DNA of 64,000 nucleotides from Thermoanaerobaculia bacterium (GTDB taxonomy: Bacteria > Acidobacteriota > Thermoanaerobaculia > Multivoradales > Multivoraceae), in the NCBI GenBank assembly GCA_963666565.1, contig OY762911.1:864001-928000 (forward strand), given 5' to 3'. Below, piece after piece: positions 34,280-43,335 of the stretch (its first letter is position 1; each line of letters opens with the position of its first letter). Made by a program: the position numbers and the translations under genes. The notes beneath the pieces are model-generated. The model worked only from the letters and a program-made list of their open reading frames with translations. It was not told the DNA's origin and did no database searches.

Positions 34280-34867
34280 TCAGAGATCGCGGCGCCCCGC
34301 CAGAGATCGGGCCAGAGTCACCTGGTCGGCGTAGTCGATGTCGCCGCCGACGGGGAGGCCGAAGGCGAGGCGGGTGACGCGGACGCCGCGGCGGGCGAGG
34401 AGGTTGGCGAGGTAAAGGGCGGTTGCTTCGCCTTCGACGTTGGGGTTCATCGCGAGGATGGCCTCTTCGACTCCTTCGAGGCGGTCGAGGAGGGAGGCTA
34501 CGGTCAGTTCGTCGGGGCCGACGCCTCGTTGGGGGGAGAGGGCGCCGAGGAGGGCGTGGTAGAGGCCGTGAAACTCGCCCGTGCGTTCGATCGGCTCGAT
34601 GTTGAAGGGTTCCTCGACGACGCAGAGCTTCGTCCGGTCGCGCTGCGGATCGCTGCAGATGGAGCACGGGTCCACCGCGGTGATCTGGTGACAGGTCGAG
34701 CAGTGGATCATCCGGTCCTTGACGTCGATGACCGCCTGGGCCAGGGCCTCGGCGCGGGCGCGGTCGGCGCGGAGGAGATGGTGAGCCAGCCGCCGCGCCG
34801 TCTTCGGGCCGATGCCCGGGAGCCGCGAGAGCTCCTCGACCAGGTTCGACAGCGGGTCGGCCGGCAT
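34280..34867 (-). CDS. recR: Recombination protein RecR
   Basis: LPGIGPKTARRLA, C4 zinc finger, CVVEE, NPNVEGEATA, GLPVGGDIDYAD. Confidence 0.96.
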   Translation of the reverse strand: MPADPLSNLVEELSRLPGIGPKTARRLAHHLLRADRARAEALAQAVIDVKDRMIHCSTCHQITAVDPCSICSDPQRDRTKLCVVEEPFNIEPIERTGEFHGLYHALLGALSPQRGVGPDELTVASLLDRLEGVEEAILAMNPNVEGEATALYLANLLARRGVRVTRLAFGLPVGGDIDYADQVTLARSLAGRRDL

Positions 34868-35160
34868 CAGGCGAGGCCGGGAATGCCGCCGGCCAGGTTG
34901 CCGATCCGTTGCCCCACGTAGTCGTTCACCTTGCGGCCGGCCTCGTTCACCGCGGCCAGGACGAGATCCTGCACCATCGCCGGATCCTCAGGGTCGAGGA
35001 CCTCCGGGTCGATGTTCACGGCCAGCACTTCCTTCTCGCCGTTCATTCGCACTTCCACCATGCCCCCGCCGACGCTGGCGGTGAACTCGGCGGACGTCAG
35101 GTCGCGCCGCATCTGCTCCTGCATCTCCTGGGCCTGGCGCATCAGCTTCTGGATGTTCAT
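34867..35160 (-). CDS. ybaB: YbaB/EbfC nucleoid-associated protein
   Basis: MNIQKLMRQAQEMQ, GGGMVEV, QDLVLAAVNEA; between dnaX and recR. Confidence 0.93.
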   Translation of the reverse strand: MNIQKLMRQAQEMQEQMRRDLTSAEFTASVGGGMVEVRMNGEKEVLAVNIDPEVLDPEDPAMVQDLVLAAVNEAGRKVNDYVGQRIGNLAGGIPGLA

Positions 35161-35191
35161 TCGTCGCGGTTCCTGTGCTCCACGGGAGCGG

Positions 35192-36706
35192 TCAAGGGTT
35201 CCTGGGTCGGACGTCGAGTACGCGGCCGCCGAAGACGTCGAGCACGGCGCGGACGCCGGGATCCGCCTCGGCGGCCCGCCGCGCCTCGGCGCCGGGGTCC
35301 GGCGCGCGGCGCGGGGGCTTGCGCCCGGGGGCCGGACGGTCCGGGTCGCGGCGGGGCGGCGCGTTGCTGGCAGGCGGCCCCGTGTTTGAGGCGGGCGGCC
35401 CCGCGTCGCGAGCGAGCGGCCGGTCGTCGCGGGCCGGCGCCTTCGCGTTGCGGGCCGGCGGCGAGCCGGCGCCCGTTCGTCGCGTCGCCGCCGTCGTCTT
35501 CCGGCCGGCGCCGGATGCGGGTTCGGGGCGCGCGGCCTCCGCGGTCCCGACCTTCCGGGCTTCGTCGGGGAGACCGGCCGCGAGCTGCTCGATCCGCACC
35601 AGTCGGGGCAGTTCCGCTGCGCGCAGCAAGGCCACCTCCAGCGCGAGACCGGGCGAATCGGCTCGCCGGACGACCGTTTCGCTGCTGAGGAGGAGATGCA
35701 GTAGCCGGAGCAGGTTCTCGTAACCCGCGTCGTCGGCGGTTGCCTTGAGCTCCGCGGCCGCTTCGGAGGGCAGGTCGATCTGCTCCGCGTCGAGACCCTG
35801 GGCGAGATGCAGGGCGCTGCGCAGGAACCCGAGGAAGTGGGTGAAGACCTGCCGTGGATCGGCGCCGCCGTCCTCGACCTCGCGGATCGTCGTCGACAGG
35901 CGGGCGCCGTCGCCGGCCAGGATCGCATCGAGCAGGGCGGAGAGCAGCCGCGTGTCCATGCCGCCGAGCAGGCGGCCGACGTCTTCGTCGACGAGTCTGC
36001 CGTTGCCGAAGGTGGCGATCTGGTCGAGCAGGGCGACGGCGTCCCGAACGCTGCCCTCGGAGGCGCGGGCGATCAGGCGCAGGGCGGGTCCGCCGGCCTC
36101 GAACTCCTCGGCCTCGCAGATGCGGCGCAGGTGGGCGATCATCGGTTCGGGCGGCACGCGCCGGAAGTGGAACTCCTGGCAGCGGGAAAGGATGGTCGCC
36201 GGCACCTTCTCGATCTCGGTCGTGGCGAAGATGAAGGTCAGGTGCGGCGGGGGTTCCTCGACGATCTTGAGCAGCGCGTCGAAGGCGGACGCCGACAGCC
36301 GGTGCACCTCGTCCAGCACGACGACCTTGTAGCGGTCGCGGGCGGGTCCGTATCTCAGGCTCTCCGTCAGTTCGCGGACTTGCTCCACCTTCGAGTAGGT
36401 CGCCGCGTCGATCTCCATCACGTCGAGATCGGCGGCCTCCCGGATCTCCTTGCAGGTCTGGCAGGCGTCGCACGGTTCGGGCGCCGGACCCTCGGCGTCG
36501 CCGCCGGCGCCGAGGCAGTTCAGCGCCTTGGCGAGCACCCGCGCCGCCGTCGTCTTGCCGACGCCGCGGATGCCGGAGAACAGGTAGGCCTGCGCGATCC
36601 GGCCGTCCGTGAGCGCGTTCCGCAGCGCCGTGACGATCGCCTCCTGGCCGACGAGGTCGGCGAACGTCTGGGGCCGCCACTTGCGGGCCAGCGGCTGGTA
36701 GGTCAT
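35192..36706 (-). CDS. dnaX: DNA polymerase III gamma/tau subunit
   Basis: YQPLARKWRPQTF, GIRGVGKTT, DEVH, LLKIVEEPP, TILSRC. Confidence 0.96.
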   Translation of the reverse strand: MTYQPLARKWRPQTFADLVGQEAIVTALRNALTDGRIAQAYLFSGIRGVGKTTAARVLAKALNCLGAGGDAEGPAPEPCDACQTCKEIREAADLDVMEIDAATYSKVEQVRELTESLRYGPARDRYKVVVLDEVHRLSASAFDALLKIVEEPPPHLTFIFATTEIEKVPATILSRCQEFHFRRVPPEPMIAHLRRICEAEEFEAGGPALRLIARASEGSVRDAVALLDQIATFGNGRLVDEDVGRLLGGMDTRLLSALLDAILAGDGARLSTTIREVEDGGADPRQVFTHFLGFLRSALHLAQGLDAEQIDLPSEAAAELKATADDAGYENLLRLLHLLLSSETVVRRADSPGLALEVALLRAAELPRLVRIEQLAAGLPDEARKVGTAEAARPEPASGAGRKTTAATRRTGAGSPPARNAKAPARDDRPLARDAGPPASNTGPPASNAPPRRDPDRPAPGRKPPRRAPDPGAEARRAAEADPGVRAVLDVFGGRVLDVRPRNP

Positions 36707-36793
36707 GGCGTCGGTGCGCCTTGCCGAACGGGCGCCCGGTCGTTCCCGGCGCCGCGCGGGATGGTGCCGCCGGCTGCCAGCGGGGCGCGTGGG

Positions 36794-36922
36794 GAAGAAG
36801 TCACTGAAGGGTTCCGGCTGAACTGCGCCCTCGAAACGAACACCCTATCGCTGCTCCCTTCCGGGCCTGACGAGGTTCGGGGCCGTTCGATACGCAGGGC
36901 CCGAACCCTTCGGTGACTCCTC
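36794..36922 (-). ncRNA. ffs: Signal recognition particle RNA
   Basis: Minus strand has the helix-8 motif TCAGGCCCGGAAGGGAGCAGC inside a long hairpin closed by GAGTCACCGAAGGGTTC / GAACCCTTCAGTGACTT; upstream of dnaX; TGC-TACCAT extended -10 at 36961-36969. Confidence 0.9.
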
Positions 36923-37003
36923 GATCCCGAGCCTGTGCGCCGGCGCGGGAACGGCCACGGATGGTAGCAGCCCATCCGGGCGTTGACTGCTAGCGTAGAC
37001 GGG

Positions 37004-37468
37004 TTGGACGATCGTACGGCCATGGGGCTGGCTCTCGAAGAGGCCCGTCTGGCGGCGGCGGCCGGCGAGGTTCCGGTGGGCGCCGTTGTGGTGCGCGAGG
37101 GCCGGGTGGTCGGCCGCGGCCACAACCGCAGGGAGTCCTGGGGAGACCCTCTGGCTCACGCCGAGACGATCGCGCTGGCGGAAGCCGCTGCCGGCCAGGA
37201 GGGGTGGCGGCTGTACGGCTGCACGGTGTACGTGACGCTGGAACCGTGCGCCATGTGCGCGGGGGCGATGGTGAACGCCCGCGTGGACCGCCTGGTGTTC
37301 GCGGCGCACGATCCGAAGGGGGGCTTCTGCGGCTCGCTCGGGAACCTCGTTCGCGAACCGAGACTGAATCACCAAATCACGGTATGCTCCGGCGTCCTGG
37401 CGGAGGAGAGCTCAGCCATGTTGCGCGCGTTCTTCCGGCGTCTACGGTCGAGCGGGCTTTCGGATTGA
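37004..37468 (+). CDS. tadA: tRNA adenosine(34) deaminase
   Basis: GEVPVGAVVV, AHAE, YVTLEPCAMCAGA, DPKGG. Confidence 0.94.
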   Translation: MDDRTAMGLALEEARLAAAAGEVPVGAVVVREGRVVGRGHNRRESWGDPLAHAETIALAEAAAGQEGWRLYGCTVYVTLEPCAMCAGAMVNARVDRLVFAAHDPKGGFCGSLGNLVREPRLNHQITVCSGVLAEESSAMLRAFFRRLRSSGLSD

Positions 37469-37558
<90 letters not shown>

Positions 37559-37605
37559 TGACCAGGGCGGCGGAGGACGACATGCGCCGGGCGGGTCAGA
37601 AACGG

Positions 37606-37695
37606 GGAGAGGTGCCAGAGTGGTCGAATGGGGCGGTCTCGAAAACCGTTGACCGTTTACGCGGTCCGTGGGTTCGAATCCCACCCTCTCCGCCA
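37606..37695 (+). tRNA. tRNA-Ser(CGA)
   Basis: GGAGAGG acceptor, anticodon arm GCGGT-CTCGAAA-ACCGT, long variable arm, encoded CCA. Confidence 0.96.
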
Positions 37696-37727
37696 CAGCC
37701 GCCACATGCCGCAGGGAAGGAAGGAAC

Positions 37728-37862
37728 GTGAAGAGGACATACCAGCCGAACAATCGCCGCCGCAAGAAGAAGCACGGCTTCCGTCTACGGATGAGGACCA
37801 GGCACGGTCGCGCGATCCTGTCGCGCCGCCGCCGCAAGGGCCGCAAGCGGCTGACGGTCTGA
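37728..37862 (+). CDS. rpmH: 50S ribosomal protein L34
   Basis: [22 protein letters not shown]...RRRKGRKRL; AAGGA RBS. Confidence 0.97.
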   Translation: MKRTYQPNNRRRKKKHGFRLRMRTRHGRAILSRRRRKGRKRLTV

Positions 37863-37864
37863 CG

Positions 37865-38284
37865 TTGAACCGATCGGGGAGCCCCGGTCGCGTTCCCGGC
37901 GCCGAGCGAGGGACCGGGCGGATGCGGTCGAGTCGCGACTACCGGCGGGCGTACCGCCGGGGCCGGCGCCTGCACGGCGAAGTCGCCGTGCTCCACGTGC
38001 GCCGCAACGGCCTCGACGGCCCGCGGCTCGGCCTGACCGCCGGTCGCCGGGTCGGCGGCGCGGTCGAGCGCAACCGGCTCCGCCGCCGCGTGCGCGAGCA
38101 CTACCGGCAGGCGGTGGCGCGGGACGGCCTGCCGGCGGTGGACGTGGTCGTCCACCTGAAGCCCGGGGCCGCCGGCGTCGAGCGCCGGGCGTTCTATCGC
38201 GAACTGGACCGCCTGTTCGGGGCCGTGGCGGAACTCGGCGCCCGCGGCGGCAGGTCCCGCCGCCGGCGGAGGTCGCGGCGGTGA
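37865..38284 (+). CDS. rnpA: Ribonuclease P protein component
   Basis: RLGLTAGRRVGGAVERNRLRRRVRE (RNR motif); follows rpmH; start may instead be ATG 37922. Confidence 0.92.
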   Translation: MNRSGSPGRVPGAERGTGRMRSSRDYRRAYRRGRRLHGEVAVLHVRRNGLDGPRLGLTAGRRVGGAVERNRLRRRVREHYRQAVARDGLPAVDVVVHLKPGAAGVERRAFYRELDRLFGAVAELGARGGRSRRRRRSRR

Positions 38285-38544
38285 ATCCGCTCGTCCGGCT
38301 CGCCGTCGCGCTTCTCCGCGCGTACAAGCGCTGGCTGTCGCCATTGCTCCCCCGGGCCTGCCGATTCAGTCCCACTTGCTCGGAGTACGCCCAGCTCGCG
38401 CTCAGGAGCCACGGCCCGATTGCCGGAAGCTGGCTGACCCTGGGCCGGCTCCTGCGTTGCCAGCCTCTGGGGCGCGGCGGGATCGACCTGCCGCCTGCCG
38501 CTCGGCGCCTTGGAACTCCGGGCGGCCAGGGGACGTTGGGCTAA
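38281..38544 (+). CDS. yidD: Membrane protein insertion efficiency factor
   Basis: LSPLLPRACRFSPTCSEYA, RLLRCQP..GGID. Confidence 0.95.
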   Translation: MNPLVRLAVALLRAYKRWLSPLLPRACRFSPTCSEYAQLALRSHGPIAGSWLTLGRLLRCQPLGRGGIDLPPAARRLGTPGGQGTLG

Positions 38545-38548
38545 CGCG

Positions 38549-40309
38549 ATGGACAACCGCAGACTCCTTCTGGCGGCGCTGCTGTCGCTGGGCGTCCTCC
38601 TGCTCTGGTCGACGTTCGTCGCTCCGCCTCCGCCGCCGGTGGAACGGACGCCGACCGGGGCCGCCGACGGAGGAGCGGGGCCGCAACGGGACGCCGCGGT
38701 CCCGGCGCCGGCGCCCGTCTCGGCGGCCCAGGCAGACGCCGTGCCGTCGCCGGTGGCGGTCTTCGAGCGGGTGGAGGCTCCGTCCGAGCAGCGCGTGGTG
38801 ATCGAGTCCGGCAACGCCAGGCTGGAGTTCACGAACCGGGGCGCCCAGTTGGTCTCGTTCGAACTGCAGCGGCCGGACGGCGGCGAGCCCGTCGAGCTGG
38901 TGCGGCGGCGCGAGCCCGGCCAGCCGTATCCCTTCGGACTGTCCGGCCCGCAGCGCGATTCGCCGCTCAACGACGCCCTCTTCGTGGTCGAACGGACCAG
39001 GCAGAACGGGAACGAGCGGGTCGCTTTCCGCTACAGCGGCGACCGCGGCACGGCGACGAAGACGTTTGGCATCCCGGCCGACAACGCGCAAAACGGCGGC
39101 CTGACCTTCCAGTACCAAGTCGAATCGCCCGGAGACGCCTGGGGCCTCGTGCTCGGTCCCGGCATCCGCAACCCGACCGTGGACGAACTGGAGAGCCGGC
39201 TGTCGAGCCAGCAACGGCGCGCGGCGACCTGGTTCGCCGGCGGCGAGATGGAATCCCTCGAGCCGCGCCGCGCGGCCGATCCGCAACGGCTGGGCGAAGG
39301 CGCGCGCTGGGTGGCGCTCGAAGACCGCTACTTCATCACCGCGCTCATTCCGGCCGGGGCGCGGGGCGGGGTGCAGGCGCTGCCGGTCGCGAACCTGGAC
39401 GAGGCCGACGGCAGCCTGCGCGGCTTCTCGCTGGTCGAGGCCGGCGACGTCACGACGGAGGACCTGACGCGCGACCTGATGCTGGTGGCGGAGGCGTCGG
39501 GCGGCCAGCTCGCCGGACGCGCCTACTTCGGCGACAAGCAGTACGACGCGCTGGCGGCCATGCGCGTGCGTCTCGAGAAAACGGTCCGCTACGGCTTCTT
39601 CGGTGTCATCTCGCGGCCGCTCCAGTTCGGTTTACGCTGGATTTACGAGAACGTCGTGGCGAACTACGGCTGGAGCATCGTCCTGATGACGGTGGTGATC
39701 CGGCTCGTTCTGTTCCCGCTGACCCACAAGAGCCAGGTCTCGATGCAGCGGATTCAGAAGCTGAATCCCCGCATGGAGGCGATCCGCGCCAAGTACCGGC
39801 CCAAGCTGAAGGACGGCAAGGGCCGGCCCCGCATGGACCAGCAGCGCAAGATGAACGAAGAGATCCAGGCGATGTTCCGGGAGGAGGGCGTGAACCCGGC
39901 CAGCGGCTGTCTGCCGATCCTGTTCCAGATGCCCGTCTTCTTCGGCTTCTTCCGTCTCCTGAGCGAGGCGGTGGAGCTCTGGGACGCGCAGTGGCTGGGG
40001 TGGATCGGCAACCTGGCGTTGCCGGATCCGATCTACGTGCTGCCCCTGGTGATGGGCGCGTCCCAGTTCCTCCAGCAGCGGATGTTGCCGCCGCCGGCGA
40101 ACCGGACCCAGAAGCTGATCATCAACACGATGCCGATCTGGTTCACGATCTTCTCGTTCAGCTTCCCCAGCGGCCTGGTCCTCTACTGGCTGACGAACAA
40201 CCTGCTGGGCATCGTCCAGACCGGGGTCTACAACAAGCTGAAGAAGAGGGGCTACCTGGGCGGCGAGGCGCCGGCGCAGACGACCGAGACGAAGAAGACG
40301 AAGAAGTAG
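38549..40309 (+). CDS. yidC: Membrane protein insertase YidC
   Basis: NYGWSIV, RLVLFPL, GVNPASGCLP, DPIYVLP, PSGLVLYW. Confidence 0.95.
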   Translation: MDNRRLLLAALLSLGVLLLWSTFVAPPPPPVERTPTGAADGGAGPQRDAAVPAPAPVSAAQADAVPSPVAVFERVEAPSEQRVVIESGNARLEFTNRGAQLVSFELQRPDGGEPVELVRRREPGQPYPFGLSGPQRDSPLNDALFVVERTRQNGNERVAFRYSGDRGTATKTFGIPADNAQNGGLTFQYQVESPGDAWGLVLGPGIRNPTVDELESRLSSQQRRAATWFAGGEMESLEPRRAADPQRLGEGARWVALEDRYFITALIPAGARGGVQALPVANLDEADGSLRGFSLVEAGDVTTEDLTRDLMLVAEASGGQLAGRAYFGDKQYDALAAMRVRLEKTVRYGFFGVISRPLQFGLRWIYENVVANYGWSIVLMTVVIRLVLFPLTHKSQVSMQRIQKLNPRMEAIRAKYRPKLKDGKGRPRMDQQRKMNEEIQAMFREEGVNPASGCLPILFQMPVFFGFFRLLSEAVELWDAQWLGWIGNLALPDPIYVLPLVMGASQFLQQRMLPPPANRTQKLIINTMPIWFTIFSFSFPSGLVLYWLTNNLLGIVQTGVYNKLKKRGYLGGEAPAQTTETKKTKK

Positions 40310-40319
40310 GACAGGAGCG

Positions 40320-41315
40320 ATGAGTGCGATGAACAGCATGTTCTTCTCGGGCGAGACGGAGGCCCGCGCCGTCCTGGCGGCCGCGAACCACTTCGGTGTG
40401 CCGCCGGAACAGGTCGAATTCGACCGGGTGGAGAAGCGGCACGGCTTCGTGAAGCACCGGCGGGTCGTGATTCGCGTCGATCCGGAGAGGGTCGGCGGCG
40501 GCGGCGAGAGTGCCGCTGCCGAGAGCGGCGGTCCGCTTGACGGTGCGGCAGGTGGCGCGAACGAGGCGGAAACGTCCTCTGCTCCTGCCGAGGGCGATGG
40601 CGCGGCCGAGGACGCGGTCGAGGCGGAGGCGCCGGCTGCCGCGTCGCCGGCGCGGGTCGAGCCCGAGCCGATCGAGGCGGAGGTTCCGGTTGGCGCGCCG
40701 CCGGCGCGGGTCGAGCCCGAGCCGATCGAGGCGGAGGCGCCCGCTGGCGGACCGCCGGCGCCGGTCGAGAGTGAGTCGGTCGAGGCGGAAGCTGCGGCTG
40801 CCGCTCCGCCGGCGGCGACGGAGAGTCCGGCGGTCGAGGCCGAGGATGCGAGACCCGAACGGGACTCCGAGGAGATCCTGGCGGTCGCGCGAGCCGCTCT
40901 GGATCAACTGCTGGAGCTCGCCGATCTCGAGGTGTCGGCCGAGATCGTGCTGGCTGGCGAGAGGCTGGAGGTGGAGATCGAAGGCGTGGACCAGGAGCTG
41001 CTCGTCGAGGACGAGGGCCAGGTGCTGCTGGCGCTCCAGCACCTGCTTCCCCGCGTGATGTACGGCCGGCTCGGACGGATCGTCCCTTGCCGGCTCGACA
41101 GCGGCGGCTACCAGCGCAAGAAGGAGGAACGCCTGAGAGGCCTCGCCCTCCGCGTGGCCGAAGAGGTCGTCCGCCGCGGCGGTACGCGCACCCTGCGCCC
41201 CATGAACCCGGCCGACCGCCGCATCGTCCACCTGGCCCTCGCCGACGACCCGGACGTCGAAACGGAGAGCCAGGGCAACGGCTACTTCAAGCGCGTCAGC
41301 ATCCGTTTGCAGTAG
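40320..41315 (+). CDS. jag: Jag/KhpB (EloR) RNA-binding protein
   Basis: Jag-N domain, acidic linker, KH-like domain, R3H motif PMNPADRRIVH; follows yidC. Confidence 0.88.
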   Translation: MSAMNSMFFSGETEARAVLAAANHFGVPPEQVEFDRVEKRHGFVKHRRVVIRVDPERVGGGGESAAAESGGPLDGAAGGANEAETSSAPAEGDGAAEDAVEAEAPAAASPARVEPEPIEAEVPVGAPPARVEPEPIEAEAPAGGPPAPVESESVEAEAAAAAPPAATESPAVEAEDARPERDSEEILAVARAALDQLLELADLEVSAEIVLAGERLEVEIEGVDQELLVEDEGQVLLALQHLLPRVMYGRLGRIVPCRLDSGGYQRKKEERLRGLALRVAEEVVRRGGTRTLRPMNPADRRIVHLALADDPDVETESQGNGYFKRVSIRLQ

Positions 41316-41347
41316 CGGCGGCGGTGGCGGCGCGACGGCGGCGTGGA

Positions 41348-41533
41348 ACCCGTCCGGGGCCGGACCGAGGGGAGGGTCCCAGGGGCACGCTCGCGCTCTC
41401 CTGGTGGAGGGGGAGCAGGCGCTCGCTGTTGTCGGCTGCGCTTCACGGCGGCGTCGGTCGACGTGGCGGCGCGGGGAGTCGCTTGCCTCCGACGCCCTGG
41501 GACCCTCCCCTCGGTCCGGCCCCGGACTGGCCG
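41348..41533 (+). repeat. Structured repeat family A, copy A5 (186 bp)
   Basis: Stem GTCCGGGGCCGGACCGAGGGGAGGGTCCCAGGG / CCCTGGGACCCTCCCCTCGGTCCGGCCCCGGAC; core close to copy A3. Confidence 0.9.
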
Positions 41534-41648
41534 GCGTCGTTGGGCTTGTCGGCGGCGGAGGGGCAGGACATGTGGTGGGAGCGGAGGGCGGCATTGGCTG
41601 CGGGTACGGTGGTGAGCCGGAGTTCGACTTACGCCTGGGCGGATCACA

Positions 41649-41691
41649 CTGGGTGCGGGGATCTTCTGACCCGCTGCCGCCGGAGGTGGCC
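41649..41691 (+). repeat. REP-like family B copy (degenerate)
   Basis: CTGGGTGCGGGGATCTTCTGACCCGCTGCCGCCGGAGGTGGCC. Confidence 0.75.
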
Positions 41692-41896
41692 GAGAACGCG
41701 CCGGCCGTGAGGCCGGCGACCGCATTGTCATGGACGGTGCGACTTCCACAGAGAGTCAGTCCAGGTTGAAGGCGGCGCGTCAGGTTCGCGGACGATAGCC
41801 TCGCCGGACTGGTGCGGCGGGAACGGTCAGACGTTGTGCGGGGTGTCTGCGCAAGAACGGTCGTCGGCGATGGAACCCGAGCAGGGAGGTTCCGGC

Positions 41897-41912
41897 TGTT
41901 TCACGTGAAACA
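41897..41912. promoter_or_regulatory. parS: parS centromere site 1
   Basis: Perfect palindrome TGTTTCACGTGAAACA upstream of rsmG-parA-parB. Confidence 0.95.
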
Positions 41913-41933
41913 CGGGCGCCTCGGGCCGTCAGG

Positions 41934-42581
41934 GTGTTTCACGTGAAACACCTTGACCTGTTCCGGCGTGCGTTCGGCGCGGATCTGCTGCCGGAGGCCG
42001 TCGACCGGCTCGCTCGTCATGCCGAACTCCTGGAGCGCTGGAACCGGGTGGTCCGGTTGGTCGGCGAGGCCGAGCCGGAGGACTGGATCCACCGCCACTA
42101 CGCGGAGTCGGTGGCGGCTCGCGTGTTCTGGCGGCCAGCGAAGACGGAATCCGGCCGCGAACCCGGGCTGCTGGACATCGGCAGCGGCGCCGGGTTTCCG
42201 GGCCTCGTGCTCGCGGCGCTGCATCCGGAACGGCCGGTGACTCTCGTGGAGGCGCGGGAGCGGAAGGCCGCGTTCCTGGCGGAGGCGGGGCGGGAGCTCG
42301 GTCTGCCCAGGGTCAGGATCGTCAGGGAGCGGTTGGACGACGGTCTCGCTGCACGGCTCGCGGGAACGGTAGAGTGCGCGACGATTCGTGGCGTCCGGCT
42401 CCCGGAGGACACGATGGCTCGCTTGGTCGAAGCGCTGCCGGATGAAGGTCGCCTCGTCGTGTGGGCCGGCCGGCGTCCCGCTACCGGCCTGCCGGATATC
42501 TGTGCCGTGGAACGAGAGATCAACCTGCCCGACAGCCAGCACCGGCGGATTCTCTGCCTCCGGCCGCTTCGCCGTGGCTGA
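41934..42581 (+). CDS. rsmG: 16S rRNA m7G527 methyltransferase
   Basis: LLERWNRVVRL, RHYAES, LDIGSGAGFPG, LVEARERKAAFL. Confidence 0.92.
   Translation: MFHVKHLDLFRRAFGADLLPEAVDRLARHAELLERWNRVVRLVGEAEPEDWIHRHYAESVAARVFWRPAKTESGREPGLLDIGSGAGFPGLVLAALHPERPVTLVEARERKAAFLAEAGRELGLPRVRIVRERLDDGLAARLAGTVECATIRGVRLPEDTMARLVEALPDEGRLVVWAGRRPATGLPDICAVEREINLPDSQHRRILCLRPLRRG
41935..41950. promoter_or_regulatory. parS: parS centromere site 2
   Basis: Perfect palindrome TGTTTCACGTGAAACA overlapping the predicted rsmG start. Confidence 0.95.
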
Positions 42582-43335
42582 CGTTCTCGCGGTCGCCAAT
42601 CAGAAGGGCGGCGTCGGCAAGACGACGTCGGCCATCAATCTGGCGGCGGCGTTCGGCGCGATGGAACGGCGGGTCCTGCTCGTCGACAGCGACCCGCAGG
42701 GCAACGCGAGCCGCGGCGTCGGCTGGTCGGGCCGGCCGCCGACGCTGTTCGACGTGCTGTCCGGCGAGGCGAGCGCCGGGGACGTGATCGTGGCCAGCGG
42801 CTTCCCGTATCTCGACCTGCTGCCGGCCAACCGCGACCTGGTCGGAGCGGAGTTCGGGCTGCATGGCGACGCGGACTGGATCCGCCGGCTCACGTCGTCG
42901 CTCGCGGAGCTGGACGGCCGGTACGAACGGATCCTCGTCGATTGCCCTCCCGCGCTTGGCCGGCTGACCCTGAACGCCCTGTACGCCGCCGACGCGGTCG
43001 TCGTGCCCCTGCAGTGCGAGTACTTCGCGCTGGAGGGGATCAGCGAGTTGCTGGCGACCGTGCAGCGCGTACGCGAACTGGGTAGGCCCGACCTGGAGAT
43101 CGCCGGCGTCGTCTTGACCATGCACGACGAGCGCACGAACCTGTCGCGCGACGTGGCGGAGGAGGTGCGCAAGCACTTCGGATCGATCGTCTGCGATACG
43201 CTCGTTCCGCGCAACGTTCGCCTCGCGGAGGCGCCGAGTCACGGCATGCCGGTCCTGCAGTACGACATCAAGAGCAAGGGTTCGCAGGCGTACCTGGGTC
43301 TGGCGCACGAGCTGGCGGCTCGCCGTCCGCGATGA
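42574..43335 (+). CDS. parA: Chromosome partitioning ATPase ParA/Soj
   Basis: NQKGGVGKTT, DSDPQGNA, DCPP, PLQCEYFALEG, PRNVRLAEAPSHG. Confidence 0.96.
   Translation: MADVLAVANQKGGVGKTTSAINLAAAFGAMERRVLLVDSDPQGNASRGVGWSGRPPTLFDVLSGEASAGDVIVASGFPYLDLLPANRDLVGAEFGLHGDADWIRRLTSSLAELDGRYERILVDCPPALGRLTLNALYAADAVVVPLQCEYFALEGISELLATVQRVRELGRPDLEIAGVVLTMHDERTNLSRDVAEEVRKHFGSIVCDTLVPRNVRLAEAPSHGMPVLQYDIKSKGSQAYLGLAHELAARRPR

Noticed and set aside
35192-36706. Programmed -1 frameshift in dnaX
   Set aside because: No A-AAA-AAG or poly-A slippery site seen.
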